DNA of 64,000 nucleotides from Bacteriovoracia bacterium (GTDB lineage Bacteria > Bdellovibrionota > Bacteriovoracia > Bacteriovoracales > Bacteriovoracaceae). Made by a program: the position numbers and the translations under genes. This document shows, piece by piece, positions 19,735 to 29,276 of this stretch; the first letter of the stretch is position 1, and every line of letters begins with the position of its first letter. Below the pieces are notes generated by a model. The model was not told the origin of the DNA and made no database searches. It was given only the letters and a program-made list of their open reading frames with translations. The DNA lies in contig JBKHVI010000009.1 of NCBI GenBank assembly GCA_046570105.1, positions 10,010 to 74,009 of the forward strand. The letters are read 5' to 3'.

Positions 19735-20130
19735 ATGCTCAAGCTTCTCGCCTTGTTCCTCATGCTCACAACCACAGCTTTTGCTTATGGTGACGGTAAT
19801 GGAATTGAGCGCGGGTCATACCGAGGCGAAAACCTTGCAGCACAAATTCCTACATACATTCTCGATATGATTGAGAAGAAGATGCTGAAAAATTGCGACA
19901 CTTCTCGTCTTTCAGTTATTCGAGTTGAGAGTGTTGAAATTCAGAAAGTAGTACTTGATCAGAATTTTGCTGATACCAGCTATACTGTCGTGTTGTGGGC
20001 CCCAGGAGATGACCAAGATAAGCGTGAGCGTATTTATGTAAACGTTTATGAGTTCTCGTTAGGTCTCGTTTACGAAGAAAACAAAACAATCACTATCGAC
20101 GTTGTCTCTGATGACGTCTATTGCGAATAG
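19735..20130 (+). CDS. secreted hypothetical protein
   Basis: Signal peptide ending TAFA; followed by a terminator. Confidence 0.7.
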   Translation: MLKLLALFLMLTTTAFAYGDGNGIERGSYRGENLAAQIPTYILDMIEKKMLKNCDTSRLSVIRVESVEIQKVVLDQNFADTSYTVVLWAPGDDQDKRERIYVNVYEFSLGLVYEENKTITIDVVSDDVYCE

Positions 20131-20160
20131 CTCTCTTTCTTTCTTTCTTTCCCCCCTAAT

Positions 20161-20197
20161 GCAAGAAGGCCCGCAAGATGCGGGCCTTCTGCTTTTT
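20161..20197. terminator. intrinsic terminator between convergent genes
   Basis: AGAAGGCCCGCA-AGA-TGCGGGCCTTCT followed by GCTTTTT. Confidence 0.8.
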
Positions 20198-20213
20198 AAG
20201 CTATATATTTCGA

Positions 20214-20585
20214 CTAAGCTTGGCGGAAGATTTGGGCTTCGGCGCGCTCTTTTTCCTCAGCATGCACGATGCAGAGTTCGGCCCATGGCTGATTCTCTAA
20301 GCGCTTCATGCCAATCTCATCGTCACACTCTTCACAATGACCGAAGGTGCCATCAGAAACACGCTCAAGTGCCATATCAATACGACGAAGTTTTAAAATC
20401 TCACGATCGCGAATCGAGCAGGAGATCTGCTGAGAGATAAGCGAGGTCGCAAGATCCGTCTCATCCGAGAGATCCTCTTCAGAGATGTGTAAGTCTTCTG
20501 AATTATTTAAAAGACCTCCACTCATGACCTGCTGGCGATGCTTAAGAAGTATCGCTTTGAAGTGTTCTAGCTTTTTCTTGTCCAT
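20214..20585 (-). CDS. dksA: DksA/TraR family transcription factor
   Basis: DETDLA (DxxDxA) tip; CEEC...LCIVH zinc finger; ATG at 20585 follows AAGGAG. Confidence 0.88.
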   Translation of the reverse strand: MDKKKLEHFKAILLKHRQQVMSGGLLNNSEDLHISEEDLSDETDLATSLISQQISCSIRDREILKLRRIDMALERVSDGTFGHCEECDDEIGMKRLENQPWAELCIVHAEEKERAEAQIFRQA

Positions 20586-20673
20586 AAAGACTCCTTCTTC
20601 CAATCACTTATCTCAGTAATCCCCTGACCCATCTATTCTAAGGGGTGACAGGGTTCACCTCAAGTGACCTGCC

Positions 20674-20701
20674 TTATCGGCAAGAAAGACCTAAAACTTC
20701 A
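20674..20701 (-). promoter_or_regulatory. sigma28 (FliA) promoter of dksA
   Basis: The minus strand reads TGAAGTTT-N12-GCCGATAA. Confidence 0.7.
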
Positions 20702-20804
20702 CCTTTTAAGGGTAAAAAATTACTCAAACGGCCTAGTTGTTTTGACAGGAATGGGGGTGCCTCGTTAAGGTGGCATTAGGACACACATTTACTAAGGGCT
20801 GACC

Positions 20805-22220
20805 TTGCATTTAACCAAGGCCACATGGCTTCATTTGCTGCCGCTTGCCCTGACCTTATTGGTCGGGCTGGGCTGTGGAAAGAAAGCAGAGATAAACAAA
20901 CGCGACCCAGTTCGTACTGTCGATCCTATTAATGGTGAGATGGAAGCGCTATTGATGAAGCAGACGGTGGATTGTGACAATGGTCTCGCCTGTCCTGGTG
21001 GCATGGCGAAAGTGGCCATCGTCGACAAAAACAAACTTAAATTCTGTACTGGTTTTTTGGTCAACTCAGTGACTTTGGCGACATCTTCATCTTGTCTGAC
21101 TCAGAGTTTGCGTCTGGCGACGGAAGAGAGTCGCTGCCAAAAAGATGTTCATGTGTTTTTTGCCCGCTCTGGTTTCAGCGAGTCTCGTCGTGTCGGTTGT
21201 AAACGATTGCTACTCGCAAGTCAGATTCCAGGCAATGACCCTATTTTATGGCGCAATGACATTAGCTATATCGAATTGAGTGAGCCGGTTTATCGCCGTT
21301 CATTTAGATTGAGTCGTGACGCTACCGAAGACAGAAAATATCTTACCATGTGGAAAGTTGATGCAGATAACGATGAAGTTGGCGTTATCCGTAAGCAAGA
21401 CTGCCAAATCGTTTTGAATAGTTATGTGAATCCCATTTCTAACACTGGTTTCTCGCCCGTGATGACTTTGAGTGGCTGTGATTTCAAAAAGGGTAACACC
21501 GGTTCAATCCTCTTGAGTCCGCAGGGCCGCTGGAGAGGGATGGTATCTCAGCCAGTGGATAAAACCTTAGTCGATTTTCTCAATAACTCAGGCCTTATGG
21601 TCGAACCTTTGGCCTCATTGGTTCACGCCTCGAGTGCTGCTTGTCTCCCATCTGTACTCGAAAGTGATCCGGTTACTGAACGTGATTGCTTTAAAGATTT
21701 AGATTATCGCCAAGTCGATCGTCAGCGCTCAGATATGCTGAATACAGAAGCTCCATACCAAGATGCCAGAGCCGAAATTGCCAAAGAAGTGAATACTCTG
21801 CGTCCGTATTTCAAGTGGGATGCTCAGCTAGTAAAAAATCAAAATGAAGCCAGCTATGGAATAAAGCTTGTGCCAGTTTGTATGAACAATATCAAAGCTT
21901 GGATTGATCAAGTTGGCCGTGGAACAAAACGCTACACCTACTCGATGGTTTTGCCGGCATGGAAACTTACTTTGGGTTTTGATCGCGGGGCCCGTCTAGT
22001 GAGTCGAGTTGAAACTGATGTAATGAATAAAATTTTTGTTCAATTCTCTCCGCGCATGGCTTGGAACACTGGGGACACGAATGTGTTTGTCTGGGCGGAA
22101 GGAAATCCAAGCACAGTCTATGATGATATTAAAGCATGCCCAGCAACTGATGAAGCTACTGTTTCAGCTGACGCCACGATTTCCCTGCACGATTTGAACG
22201 CTTCCTTTGCCACTCGTTAA
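20805..22220 (+). CDS. lipoprotein with degenerate trypsin-like domain
   Basis: Lipobox GLGC; FCTGFLV...ATSSSC, DISYIEL and GNTGS motifs. Confidence 0.75.
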   Translation: MHLTKATWLHLLPLALTLLVGLGCGKKAEINKRDPVRTVDPINGEMEALLMKQTVDCDNGLACPGGMAKVAIVDKNKLKFCTGFLVNSVTLATSSSCLTQSLRLATEESRCQKDVHVFFARSGFSESRRVGCKRLLLASQIPGNDPILWRNDISYIELSEPVYRRSFRLSRDATEDRKYLTMWKVDADNDEVGVIRKQDCQIVLNSYVNPISNTGFSPVMTLSGCDFKKGNTGSILLSPQGRWRGMVSQPVDKTLVDFLNNSGLMVEPLASLVHASSAACLPSVLESDPVTERDCFKDLDYRQVDRQRSDMLNTEAPYQDARAEIAKEVNTLRPYFKWDAQLVKNQNEASYGIKLVPVCMNNIKAWIDQVGRGTKRYTYSMVLPAWKLTLGFDRGARLVSRVETDVMNKIFVQFSPRMAWNTGDTNVFVWAEGNPSTVYDDIKACPATDEATVSADATISLHDLNASFATR

Positions 22221-23184
22221 CTGCCTCCACATGATCTTTATAGCTTTTGGTAAAGACATGAGTTCCATCATTCTTTGATACAAAAAATAAAAATTCGGTC
22301 TCTGCTGGATTCATCACAGCTTGAATGGCTTCAAGGCTGGGATTGGCAATTGGCCCCAAGGGGAGCCTGGGAATTTTATAAGTGTTGTAAGGAGTCAGAC
22401 GTAGCAGATCATCCTTGCGGATATTTCCGTTATAGTTTTCCCAAATGCCGTAGATCGTTGTGGGGTCACTTTCTAGTCGCATGCGTTTTCTTAAACGATT
22501 TAAAAATACTGATGCAATTTGAGGTCGCTCTTCTTTAGCACCCGTTTCTTTTTCAACAACCGATGCCAAAATCACCACTTCATGAGGCTTTAAGAAGGGA
22601 TGACCTTCAGCAATGGTTCCGACTTTTCGACGAAACAGTTGCACCATGCTAGTGAGAATTTCTCGCTCAGAAGTTCCTGGTGCAAATTTATAGGTTTCGG
22701 GGAAGAGGTAGCCTTCAAGGGTCGGACCCTCAACGCCTAGGCTCTGAATGAAGCTCGGGTCTTTCATGAGATCAATGAAACTCGCTTTAGTTCCAAATCC
22801 CGCTTCTTCTAGAAGGGTCGCGACTTGATACATGTTGCGACCTTCTGGAATGGTCACGCCACTCAAGTTCGGTTGCCCATAGACGAGAACATCGAGGACT
22901 TGAGGCATAGTAGAATTACTTGGAATTGTGAATGGACCAGCTCTCAGTTTTTCCATCACTTGTTTATAACGGGCCATCCAGTGAAACAAACGTGGATTAG
23001 AAATAATTCCTTGTTGGCTTAAGCGCGCATTCACTTGTCCGAAAGTATCTCCAGGACGAACAGTGAATACGACTTCAGGTCCTTGGTATTTTTGTTGGTA
23101 TAAAAACCAAACGGTCACTCCAATCAAAAGAGCAGCGGTCAGTGGTGCTACCACCAAGGTGAAGAGCAGAGTTTTTTTAATCAT
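22156..23184 (-). CDS. mltG: endolytic transglycosylase MltG
   Basis: TIPEG, LEGYLFPETY, LASVVEKE, SDPT, YNTY and LPLGPIANP motifs. Confidence 0.96.
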   Translation of the reverse strand: MIKKTLLFTLVVAPLTAALLIGVTVWFLYQQKYQGPEVVFTVRPGDTFGQVNARLSQQGIISNPRLFHWMARYKQVMEKLRAGPFTIPSNSTMPQVLDVLVYGQPNLSGVTIPEGRNMYQVATLLEEAGFGTKASFIDLMKDPSFIQSLGVEGPTLEGYLFPETYKFAPGTSEREILTSMVQLFRRKVGTIAEGHPFLKPHEVVILASVVEKETGAKEERPQIASVFLNRLRKRMRLESDPTTIYGIWENYNGNIRKDDLLRLTPYNTYKIPRLPLGPIANPSLEAIQAVMNPAETEFLFFVSKNDGTHVFTKSYKDHVEAVNEWQRKRSNRAGKSWRQLKQ

Positions 23185-23191
23185 GGATTAA

Positions 23192-23635
23192 TTATAAATC
23201 GGAGACGCCTTGCGCGCGTAAAAAATCTTCTAAGATAACAGTCGCTGAAACGGCATCTATCTCGGACAAGTTCACTTGGAAATTATAACGAGGGGAGCGC
23301 TTCATACGTTCTTCAGCTTCATAAGTAGAGAGAGTCTCGTCTTGCTCATGAATGCGCAGTGGGCAAACTTTGACGAGTTCATTCAAGAACTCACGGGCCT
23401 TATGAGTCGAAGAGCCGGCCTTACCATCGGTTAAAAATGGCACACCCACCACCACTTCATCGATTGATTCATTATCAAAAATCTTTTTGAGTTCGCGCCA
23501 CACATCAGGAAAAGCCCCACCTTTAATGCGGCCGTAAGCGAGAATCATGGGATCAAAACCCACATGGTGAGTGGCGATACCAATAAACTTTTCGCCCCAA
23601 TCAATTGCTAAGACTCGTCGTCCATGTAAATCCAT
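23192..23635 (-). CDS. ruvX: YqgF/RuvX RNase H-like nuclease
   Basis: LAIDWGEKFIGIA, VVGVP, DETLST and IDAVSA motifs. Confidence 0.92.
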   Translation of the reverse strand: MDLHGRRVLAIDWGEKFIGIATHHVGFDPMILAYGRIKGGAFPDVWRELKKIFDNESIDEVVVGVPFLTDGKAGSSTHKAREFLNELVKVCPLRIHEQDETLSTYEAEERMKRSPRYNFQVNLSEIDAVSATVILEDFLRAQGVSDL

Positions 23636-23644
23636 AGTGTCGTT

Positions 23645-24706
23645 CTACACTGCCATCTCAAGGGCGTCAAAAGAGAGCTGAGGGTTCTCTTCTGCAGGAC
23701 AAAATCGCACGCCAACTCCCAAGAGTCGCACAGGTGAGGGGTCACGTGTCCATCGTTCAAGATGAAGACTCCATGCTGTATCTAGGTCCACTAAACTTCC
23801 GGCCCGCTCAATGGTGGTTTGTCTGAAGTCATGGTATTTGATTTTTACTTGCAGACCATGGACTTTTTTATCAGAGTACTCCACCAGTGATCCTTGCAAA
23901 TCTTCCACTAGCTCATGCAAGGCCAATTTCATCTCATCGGGATCAGAGAGATCCTTGGCAAAAGTTGTTTCAACACTCAGGCTTTTGCGCTCCCATTCCG
24001 TAACAATTTCTCGCTCATCAATCCCGCGACACGCTTCAAAAAGCATATCGCCCAAGCGGCCCAGACGAGCCACTAATTCAAAACGTGAAAGTGGAAGAAT
24101 ATCTTTGCAGGTGAGAAAGCCCAGTTGTTTAAGATAGTCCGCTGTGACTTTTCCTACACCATGAATTTTAGCCAGTGGAAGATCATACATAAAAGCGGCT
24201 ACATCTTTGGGTGCCACTGTACATTGCCCATTGGGTTTGTTGCGTTCACAGGCGAGTTTTGCCAGTAGTTTATTAGGAGCAATACCAGCAGATGCTGTTA
24301 ATTGAGTTTTGGCAAAGATCTCTGCACGGATTTTTTCTGCCAAAAGAGTGGCACTACCATGAGGAAGATCGGCATCAGTTACATCAAGATAGGCTTCATC
24401 AATTGAAACCGACTGAACCTGATCAGTGTATTGATGGAAGATATCAAAAACAATCGCTGATGCTTCAGAATATTTGCGAGAGCTGTGTCCCACCACGACG
24501 AGGTTGGGACAAAGCTTTAAGGCCAGACCTGTTGCCATGGCCGAGCGCACGCCGAATTTGCGGGCCGGGTAGTTGCAAGTCGAGATCACTCCACGGCGAG
24601 CGGCAGAGCCTCCGACCGCCAGCGGAACATTTTTAAGGGCGGGATTTTCTCGCATTTCCACGGCAGCGAAGAAGCAGTCCATGTCGATGTGAATTATTTT
24701 TCGCAT
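23645..24706 (-). CDS. dinB: DNA polymerase IV
   Basis: MRKIIHIDMDCFFAAVE, NYPARKFGVRSAM, SIDEAYLD and NKLLAK motifs; start at 24706. Confidence 0.96.
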   Translation of the reverse strand: MRKIIHIDMDCFFAAVEMRENPALKNVPLAVGGSAARRGVISTCNYPARKFGVRSAMATGLALKLCPNLVVVGHSSRKYSEASAIVFDIFHQYTDQVQSVSIDEAYLDVTDADLPHGSATLLAEKIRAEIFAKTQLTASAGIAPNKLLAKLACERNKPNGQCTVAPKDVAAFMYDLPLAKIHGVGKVTADYLKQLGFLTCKDILPLSRFELVARLGRLGDMLFEACRGIDEREIVTEWERKSLSVETTFAKDLSDPDEMKLALHELVEDLQGSLVEYSDKKVHGLQVKIKYHDFRQTTIERAGSLVDLDTAWSLHLERWTRDPSPVRLLGVGVRFCPAEENPQLSFDALEMAV

Positions 24707-24712
24707 GAATTG

Positions 24713-24741
24713 ATTATACGGAAAAGGTACGGATGAGGCAA
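24713..24741 (-). promoter_or_regulatory. sigma70 promoter of dinB, leaderless configuration
   Basis: TTGCCT-N17-TATAAT-N6-ATG. Confidence 0.75.
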
Positions 24742-24797
24742 TAGACATAACATGCCGTAATAACAGGAGTGCTCGCAATTCAGGCTTTACGAGTTGA

Positions 24798-24826
24798 TTG
24801 ACAAAAGACCGTTCGCACTTCAAAAT
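24798..24826 (+). promoter_or_regulatory. sigma70 promoter of rho
   Basis: TTGACA-N17-CAAAAT. Confidence 0.55.
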
Positions 24827-24960
24827 AAACTCATTCGGTCATTCAACCGCGCTCGCTGCTCCCGATAAATTTGGCGCATAAAATTACCCCAATCATTTCC
24901 ATACATGATGAATTTCGAACCTATATTTGTTTTTGTTATTAAGTCTCAGCAGGAGAACCC

Positions 24961-26208
24961 ATGCACTTAAGTGAAATGCGCGAAAAAGACATCGAAGAAT
25001 TAACCAAGATGGCGGAAGAAGCTCAGATCGAGAACCCCGCTAACCTCAAAAAACATGAATTGATCTTCGCTCTTCTGACCAAGAAGGCCAAAGACAATAT
25101 CGAAATTTTTGGTGACGGTGTTTTGGAAATTCTCCCCGATGGTTTCGGTTTCTTGCGTTCTCCTTCATACAACTATCTTCCAGGTGCCGATGATATTTAT
25201 GTCAGCCCATCACAGATTCGCCGCTTCGGTCTTCGTACCGGTGACACCATTGAAGGCCAGATTCGTCCACCTAAAGAAGGCGAGCGCTACTTTGCTCTTT
25301 TGAAAGTTGATCACATCAACTACCAGTCACCAGACAATCGTCGTACCACCGTTCTCTTTGATAACTTAACTCCGCTCTATCCAAACAAGCGCATCAATCT
25401 AGAAAACAAACCTAATAGTTACTCGACGCGAGTGATTGATTTGTTTGTGCCACAAGGTTTCGGTCAGCGCTGTTTGATCGTCGCTCCTCCCAAGGCCGGT
25501 AAAACGGTTCTTATGCAGGATATTGCCAACGCTATTGCGGACAATCACCCAGAAGTAAAACTCATCGTGCTTTTGATCGATGAGCGTCCGGAAGAAGTAA
25601 CCGACATGAAGCGCACCGTGCGTGCTGAAGTTGTTTCATCAACGTTTGATGAACCGGCGACTCGTCACGTTCAGGTAGCCGAAATGGTCATCGAGAAAGC
25701 CAAGCGTTTGGTCGAAGCTAAGCAGCACGTAGTAATTCTCTTGGATTCAATCACGCGTCTTGCTCGTGCTTACAATACTGTCGTTCCACCATCTGGTAAG
25801 ATTCTCTCTGGTGGTGTGGATTCGAACGCACTTCATAAGCCAAAGCGCTTCTTTGGTGCCGCTCGTAATATCGAGAATGGCGGATCACTCACTATCATTG
25901 CCACATCATTGATTGATACAGGATCAAGAATGGATGAAGTTATCTTTGAAGAATTCAAAGGTACCGGTAACTCTGAAATTCAACTTGATCGCAAACTCAT
26001 GGAGAAACGTATCTTCCCATGTCTTGATATCAACAAGTCGAGCACTCGTAAGGAAGACCTCTTGATGGATCAGAAAGATCTTCAACGTGTCTTCGTTCTT
26101 CGTCGTGTTCTTCAACCGATGAACACGATGGATTCGATGGAATTTATCCTTGAGCGTATCAAGGATACCAAAACCAATATCGCCTTCCTTGATAAGATGA
26201 ACGGCTAA
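24961..26208 (+). CDS. rho: transcription termination factor Rho
   Basis: [38 protein letters not shown] and EFKGTGN motifs. Confidence 0.99.
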   Translation: MHLSEMREKDIEELTKMAEEAQIENPANLKKHELIFALLTKKAKDNIEIFGDGVLEILPDGFGFLRSPSYNYLPGADDIYVSPSQIRRFGLRTGDTIEGQIRPPKEGERYFALLKVDHINYQSPDNRRTTVLFDNLTPLYPNKRINLENKPNSYSTRVIDLFVPQGFGQRCLIVAPPKAGKTVLMQDIANAIADNHPEVKLIVLLIDERPEEVTDMKRTVRAEVVSSTFDEPATRHVQVAEMVIEKAKRLVEAKQHVVILLDSITRLARAYNTVVPPSGKILSGGVDSNALHKPKRFFGAARNIENGGSLTIIATSLIDTGSRMDEVIFEEFKGTGNSEIQLDRKLMEKRIFPCLDINKSSTRKEDLLMDQKDLQRVFVLRRVLQPMNTMDSMEFILERIKDTKTNIAFLDKMNG

Positions 26209-26209
26209 T

Positions 26210-27331
26210 ATGAAACTTTGGCGCCGCCTCACCCTCTTGGTCTCTAAACAGTACGCTGCGATTGGCGGACAGGCCGTGATCGAGGGTGTGATGATGCGTT
26301 CACCGAACGCTTTTGTCGTCGCGGTTAGAACTCCCGATGGCGCCATCCGTTTGCGTCGTGATCAGTGGTTCGGTCTCTCAAAGCGTTTTCCATTTTTCAA
26401 AAAACCGATTCTTCGCGGCGTTCTCATGCTGGTTGAAACGATGGCCAACGGGATTGTTTCCCTAAATTATTCCGCCAACGTTTCGATGGATGCTGAACTT
26501 AAGGCCAAAGCGCTTGCTAAAGGGAAAACGGAAGCAGAGTACGAAGCCGGCAAAAAGAAAACGGAGAAAGTCGATTTTGCCACTTTCTTCACCATGGCCA
26601 TCTCGATGGGCTTTGGGATTGCCCTGTTTGTTTTCCTTCCCCACGCCTTAACGGCTTTGTTAGGTGAGTACCTGGGACGTGATTGGGGACTTGATAGCTT
26701 TGCCTTCCACGCTGTCGATGGTGTGATTAAGGCGGCGATTTTTATTCTCTACATTTGGTTGATAGGTTTTATGCCCGATGTGAGACGTGTGTTTCAGTAT
26801 CACGGAGCCGAACATAAATCGATTTCGGTTTTTGAAGCCGATCTTCCACTGACTGTTGAGAACGCTAAGAAGTTTACGACTCAGCATCCTCGTTGCGGAA
26901 CTTCGTTTCTCTTCTTTTTGATTATTGTTTCAATCATTTTGTTCTCAGCGGTTTTCACTGTTGTACCTATCGGCCAGGGACTTCCGACGATTCTGCGTCA
27001 CGTCGTGGCAGCAGCTTTCAAAGTGGTTCTCATGTTACCTGTCGCAGGTGTGAGCTACGAAATTATTAAAGCCGCTGGTAAGTGTTCAACTGCTTGGTGG
27101 GCACGTGCTATGAGTGCGCCGGGGATGCTGTTACAGAATCTCACGACCCGTGAACCTGACGAGAAGCAATTAGAAGTGGCCTTGGCCTCGATTAAGGCCG
27201 TCTTGTTCTTAGAAGAAAAATACAACCTCAAAGACGCTGATAAAAAAGTGCTCTCACTAGAGGAAGTGGATCTTCAATCCTTGGGCGATATCGCCGATAA
27301 CAATTCCCGTTTAAAAGATTTTTTAGAGTAG
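26210..27331 (+). CDS. DUF1385 (YqhQ-like) membrane protein
   Basis: IGGQAVIEGVMMR, QYHGAEHK, HPRCGTSF and TTREP motifs; usual rho-prfA context. Confidence 0.9.
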   Translation: MKLWRRLTLLVSKQYAAIGGQAVIEGVMMRSPNAFVVAVRTPDGAIRLRRDQWFGLSKRFPFFKKPILRGVLMLVETMANGIVSLNYSANVSMDAELKAKALAKGKTEAEYEAGKKKTEKVDFATFFTMAISMGFGIALFVFLPHALTALLGEYLGRDWGLDSFAFHAVDGVIKAAIFILYIWLIGFMPDVRRVFQYHGAEHKSISVFEADLPLTVENAKKFTTQHPRCGTSFLFFLIIVSIILFSAVFTVVPIGQGLPTILRHVVAAAFKVVLMLPVAGVSYEIIKAAGKCSTAWWARAMSAPGMLLQNLTTREPDEKQLEVALASIKAVLFLEEKYNLKDADKKVLSLEEVDLQSLGDIADNNSRLKDFLE

Positions 27332-27345
27332 TTAGGAGTTCTTCT

Positions 27346-28419
27346 GTGTTCGATAAAATTGATGCTGTCGTAAGACGCTATGAAACGTTAACTGAGCGCT
27401 TGGGAGATCCAAGTCTCTATGATCGTACCGATGAAATGCGCCAGATTAACCAAGAGCGCTCATCGATTGAGCCCTTAGTTATCAAATACCGTGAATACAA
27501 AAAGCTCGTCGCCGACATCGCTGGCAATAAAGAAATTCTTCAGACTGAAAAAGACGAAGACATGCGTGATATGGCGAAAGAAGAGCTCGCAGAGCTGGAA
27601 GCAAAGCTTCCTCCCATTGAGCAAGAACTCAAACTCTTGCTTCTCCCAAAAGATCCGGCCGATGAAAAAAACGTAGTGATTGAATTGCGTGCCGGTGCCG
27701 GTGGAGATGAAGCCAGTATTTTTGTAGGAGAATGTTGGCGCATGTACCGTCAATACGCTTCGACACAAGGTTGGCGCGTTGATGTGCAATCGATCTCTGA
27801 AGGTGACCGTGGTATCAAAGAAGTCATTGGCACCATTAGCGGTGAGAAAGTTTATTCTCGTCTGAAATACGAATCGGGCGTTCATCGCGTTCAGCGTGTT
27901 CCTGAAACAGAAGCGCAAGGGCGCGTCCATACCTCAACCATTACTGTGGCGATTATGCCGGAAGCTGATGAAGTGGGAGATGTGGAAATCAATATGAACG
28001 ACGTTCGTATTGATGTGTATCGCTCAGGCGGTTCAGGTGGTCAGTCAGTTAACACGACAGACTCTGCTGTTCGTTTAACTCACATGCCGTCGGGAATTGT
28101 GATTGCTATGCAAGATGAGCGCTCACAGCTAAAAAACAAAGACAAGGCCTTCAAAATTCTGCGCGCCAAGCTCTATGATATGGAAGTACAAAAGCGCCAC
28201 AATGAAATCGCTTCAACTCGTAAGGGTCTCGTCGGCACGGGTGATCGTTCAGAGCGCATTCGTACTTATAATTTTCCGCAAGGTCGCGTATCGGATCATC
28301 GAATCAATCTCACCGTGTTTAATATTGATGCCATTATGAATGGTGATCTTGATGGTGTGATTGAGCCCTTGATTGCTCATAACCAAGCTATCTTGCTTCA
28401 GGGTGAAGGGGACATGTAA
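27346..28419 (+). CDS. prfA: peptide chain release factor 1
   Basis: RAGAGGDEA, PET specificity motif, GGQ, RIRTYNFPQGR. Confidence 0.98.
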   Translation: MFDKIDAVVRRYETLTERLGDPSLYDRTDEMRQINQERSSIEPLVIKYREYKKLVADIAGNKEILQTEKDEDMRDMAKEELAELEAKLPPIEQELKLLLLPKDPADEKNVVIELRAGAGGDEASIFVGECWRMYRQYASTQGWRVDVQSISEGDRGIKEVIGTISGEKVYSRLKYESGVHRVQRVPETEAQGRVHTSTITVAIMPEADEVGDVEINMNDVRIDVYRSGGSGGQSVNTTDSAVRLTHMPSGIVIAMQDERSQLKNKDKAFKILRAKLYDMEVQKRHNEIASTRKGLVGTGDRSERIRTYNFPQGRVSDHRINLTVFNIDAIMNGDLDGVIEPLIAHNQAILLQGEGDM

Positions 28420-29213
28420 TGAACTGGCGCTCTTTTTTTGAAGAGCATCGAGTTCTTCTACAAAGTAACTACCCAGGTCTGACACTAGAAAGATTTCTGC
28501 GTGAAGCCCAAGAGATCGGTGGCGATGGCTCAGAGTTTCTTAAAGGCACTCCCTTTGCTTATCTTTTAGGTTACGCCGAATTCGCTCACATCAAACTTAA
28601 AGTCACTCCTGATGTTTTGATTCCGCGCATGGAAACGGAACTTCTATTTGAGAAAATATCTGCTCTCATCCAAAAAAATCCTCAATGGAAGCGCTTGATT
28701 GATGTGGGGACGGGTCCAGGCACACTAGGACTCTCACTTAAGCATCAATACCGCCAAATGCAAGTCACTCTGACAGACATCTCACCAGAGGCCTTAAAGC
28801 TTGCTCAAGAGAATGCCGAGAGCTTGAAGCTCGAAGTAGCAACGATGGAGAGTGATCTATGGAAAAACATCACCGGACTTTATGATATGATTGTCTCTAA
28901 TCCTCCGTATATTCCCAGCTCGTTCTCGCAAAAAACCGTGCATCAAAAGACTCATCAGTTCGAGCCTCATCTCGCTCTCTATATTGATGACTCTCAATAC
29001 GAAGTTTTTTTCCGCCGACTCTTTCACGGAGTGGCCCGCCATATCACCGCCGACGGTGTGTTTATGATGGAAGGCCATGAAGACAAAATGCAGCTCTGTG
29101 CCCAATGGGCGAGAGAAGAAAAACTCACAAATGTACAAATAGAGAAGGATCTAACTGGACGTGAGCGCTTCCTCATCGCTTTTGCGCCGCGCGCTCCCAT
29201 GGGGACAGCTTAA
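28419..29213 (+). CDS. prmC: release factor glutamine methyltransferase
   Basis: VLIPRMETE, DVGTGPG and SNPPY motifs; directly downstream of prfA. Confidence 0.93.
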   Translation: MNWRSFFEEHRVLLQSNYPGLTLERFLREAQEIGGDGSEFLKGTPFAYLLGYAEFAHIKLKVTPDVLIPRMETELLFEKISALIQKNPQWKRLIDVGTGPGTLGLSLKHQYRQMQVTLTDISPEALKLAQENAESLKLEVATMESDLWKNITGLYDMIVSNPPYIPSSFSQKTVHQKTHQFEPHLALYIDDSQYEVFFRRLFHGVARHITADGVFMMEGHEDKMQLCAQWAREEKLTNVQIEKDLTGRERFLIAFAPRAPMGTA

Positions 29214-29276
29214 TTCTTAGCTGCTTTTCACTCTCACTTGAAGCTAAGATAAGCACAAACTTTTACCGGATGATTT

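Noticed and set aside
20131..20156. Pyrimidine (CTTT)n tract
   Set aside because: Short and downstream of a stop codon; no evidence for phase variation.
26205..26215. rpmE missing from the usual rho-rpmE-DUF1385-prfA cluster
   Set aside because: Simple relocation is common; not informative without the whole genome.
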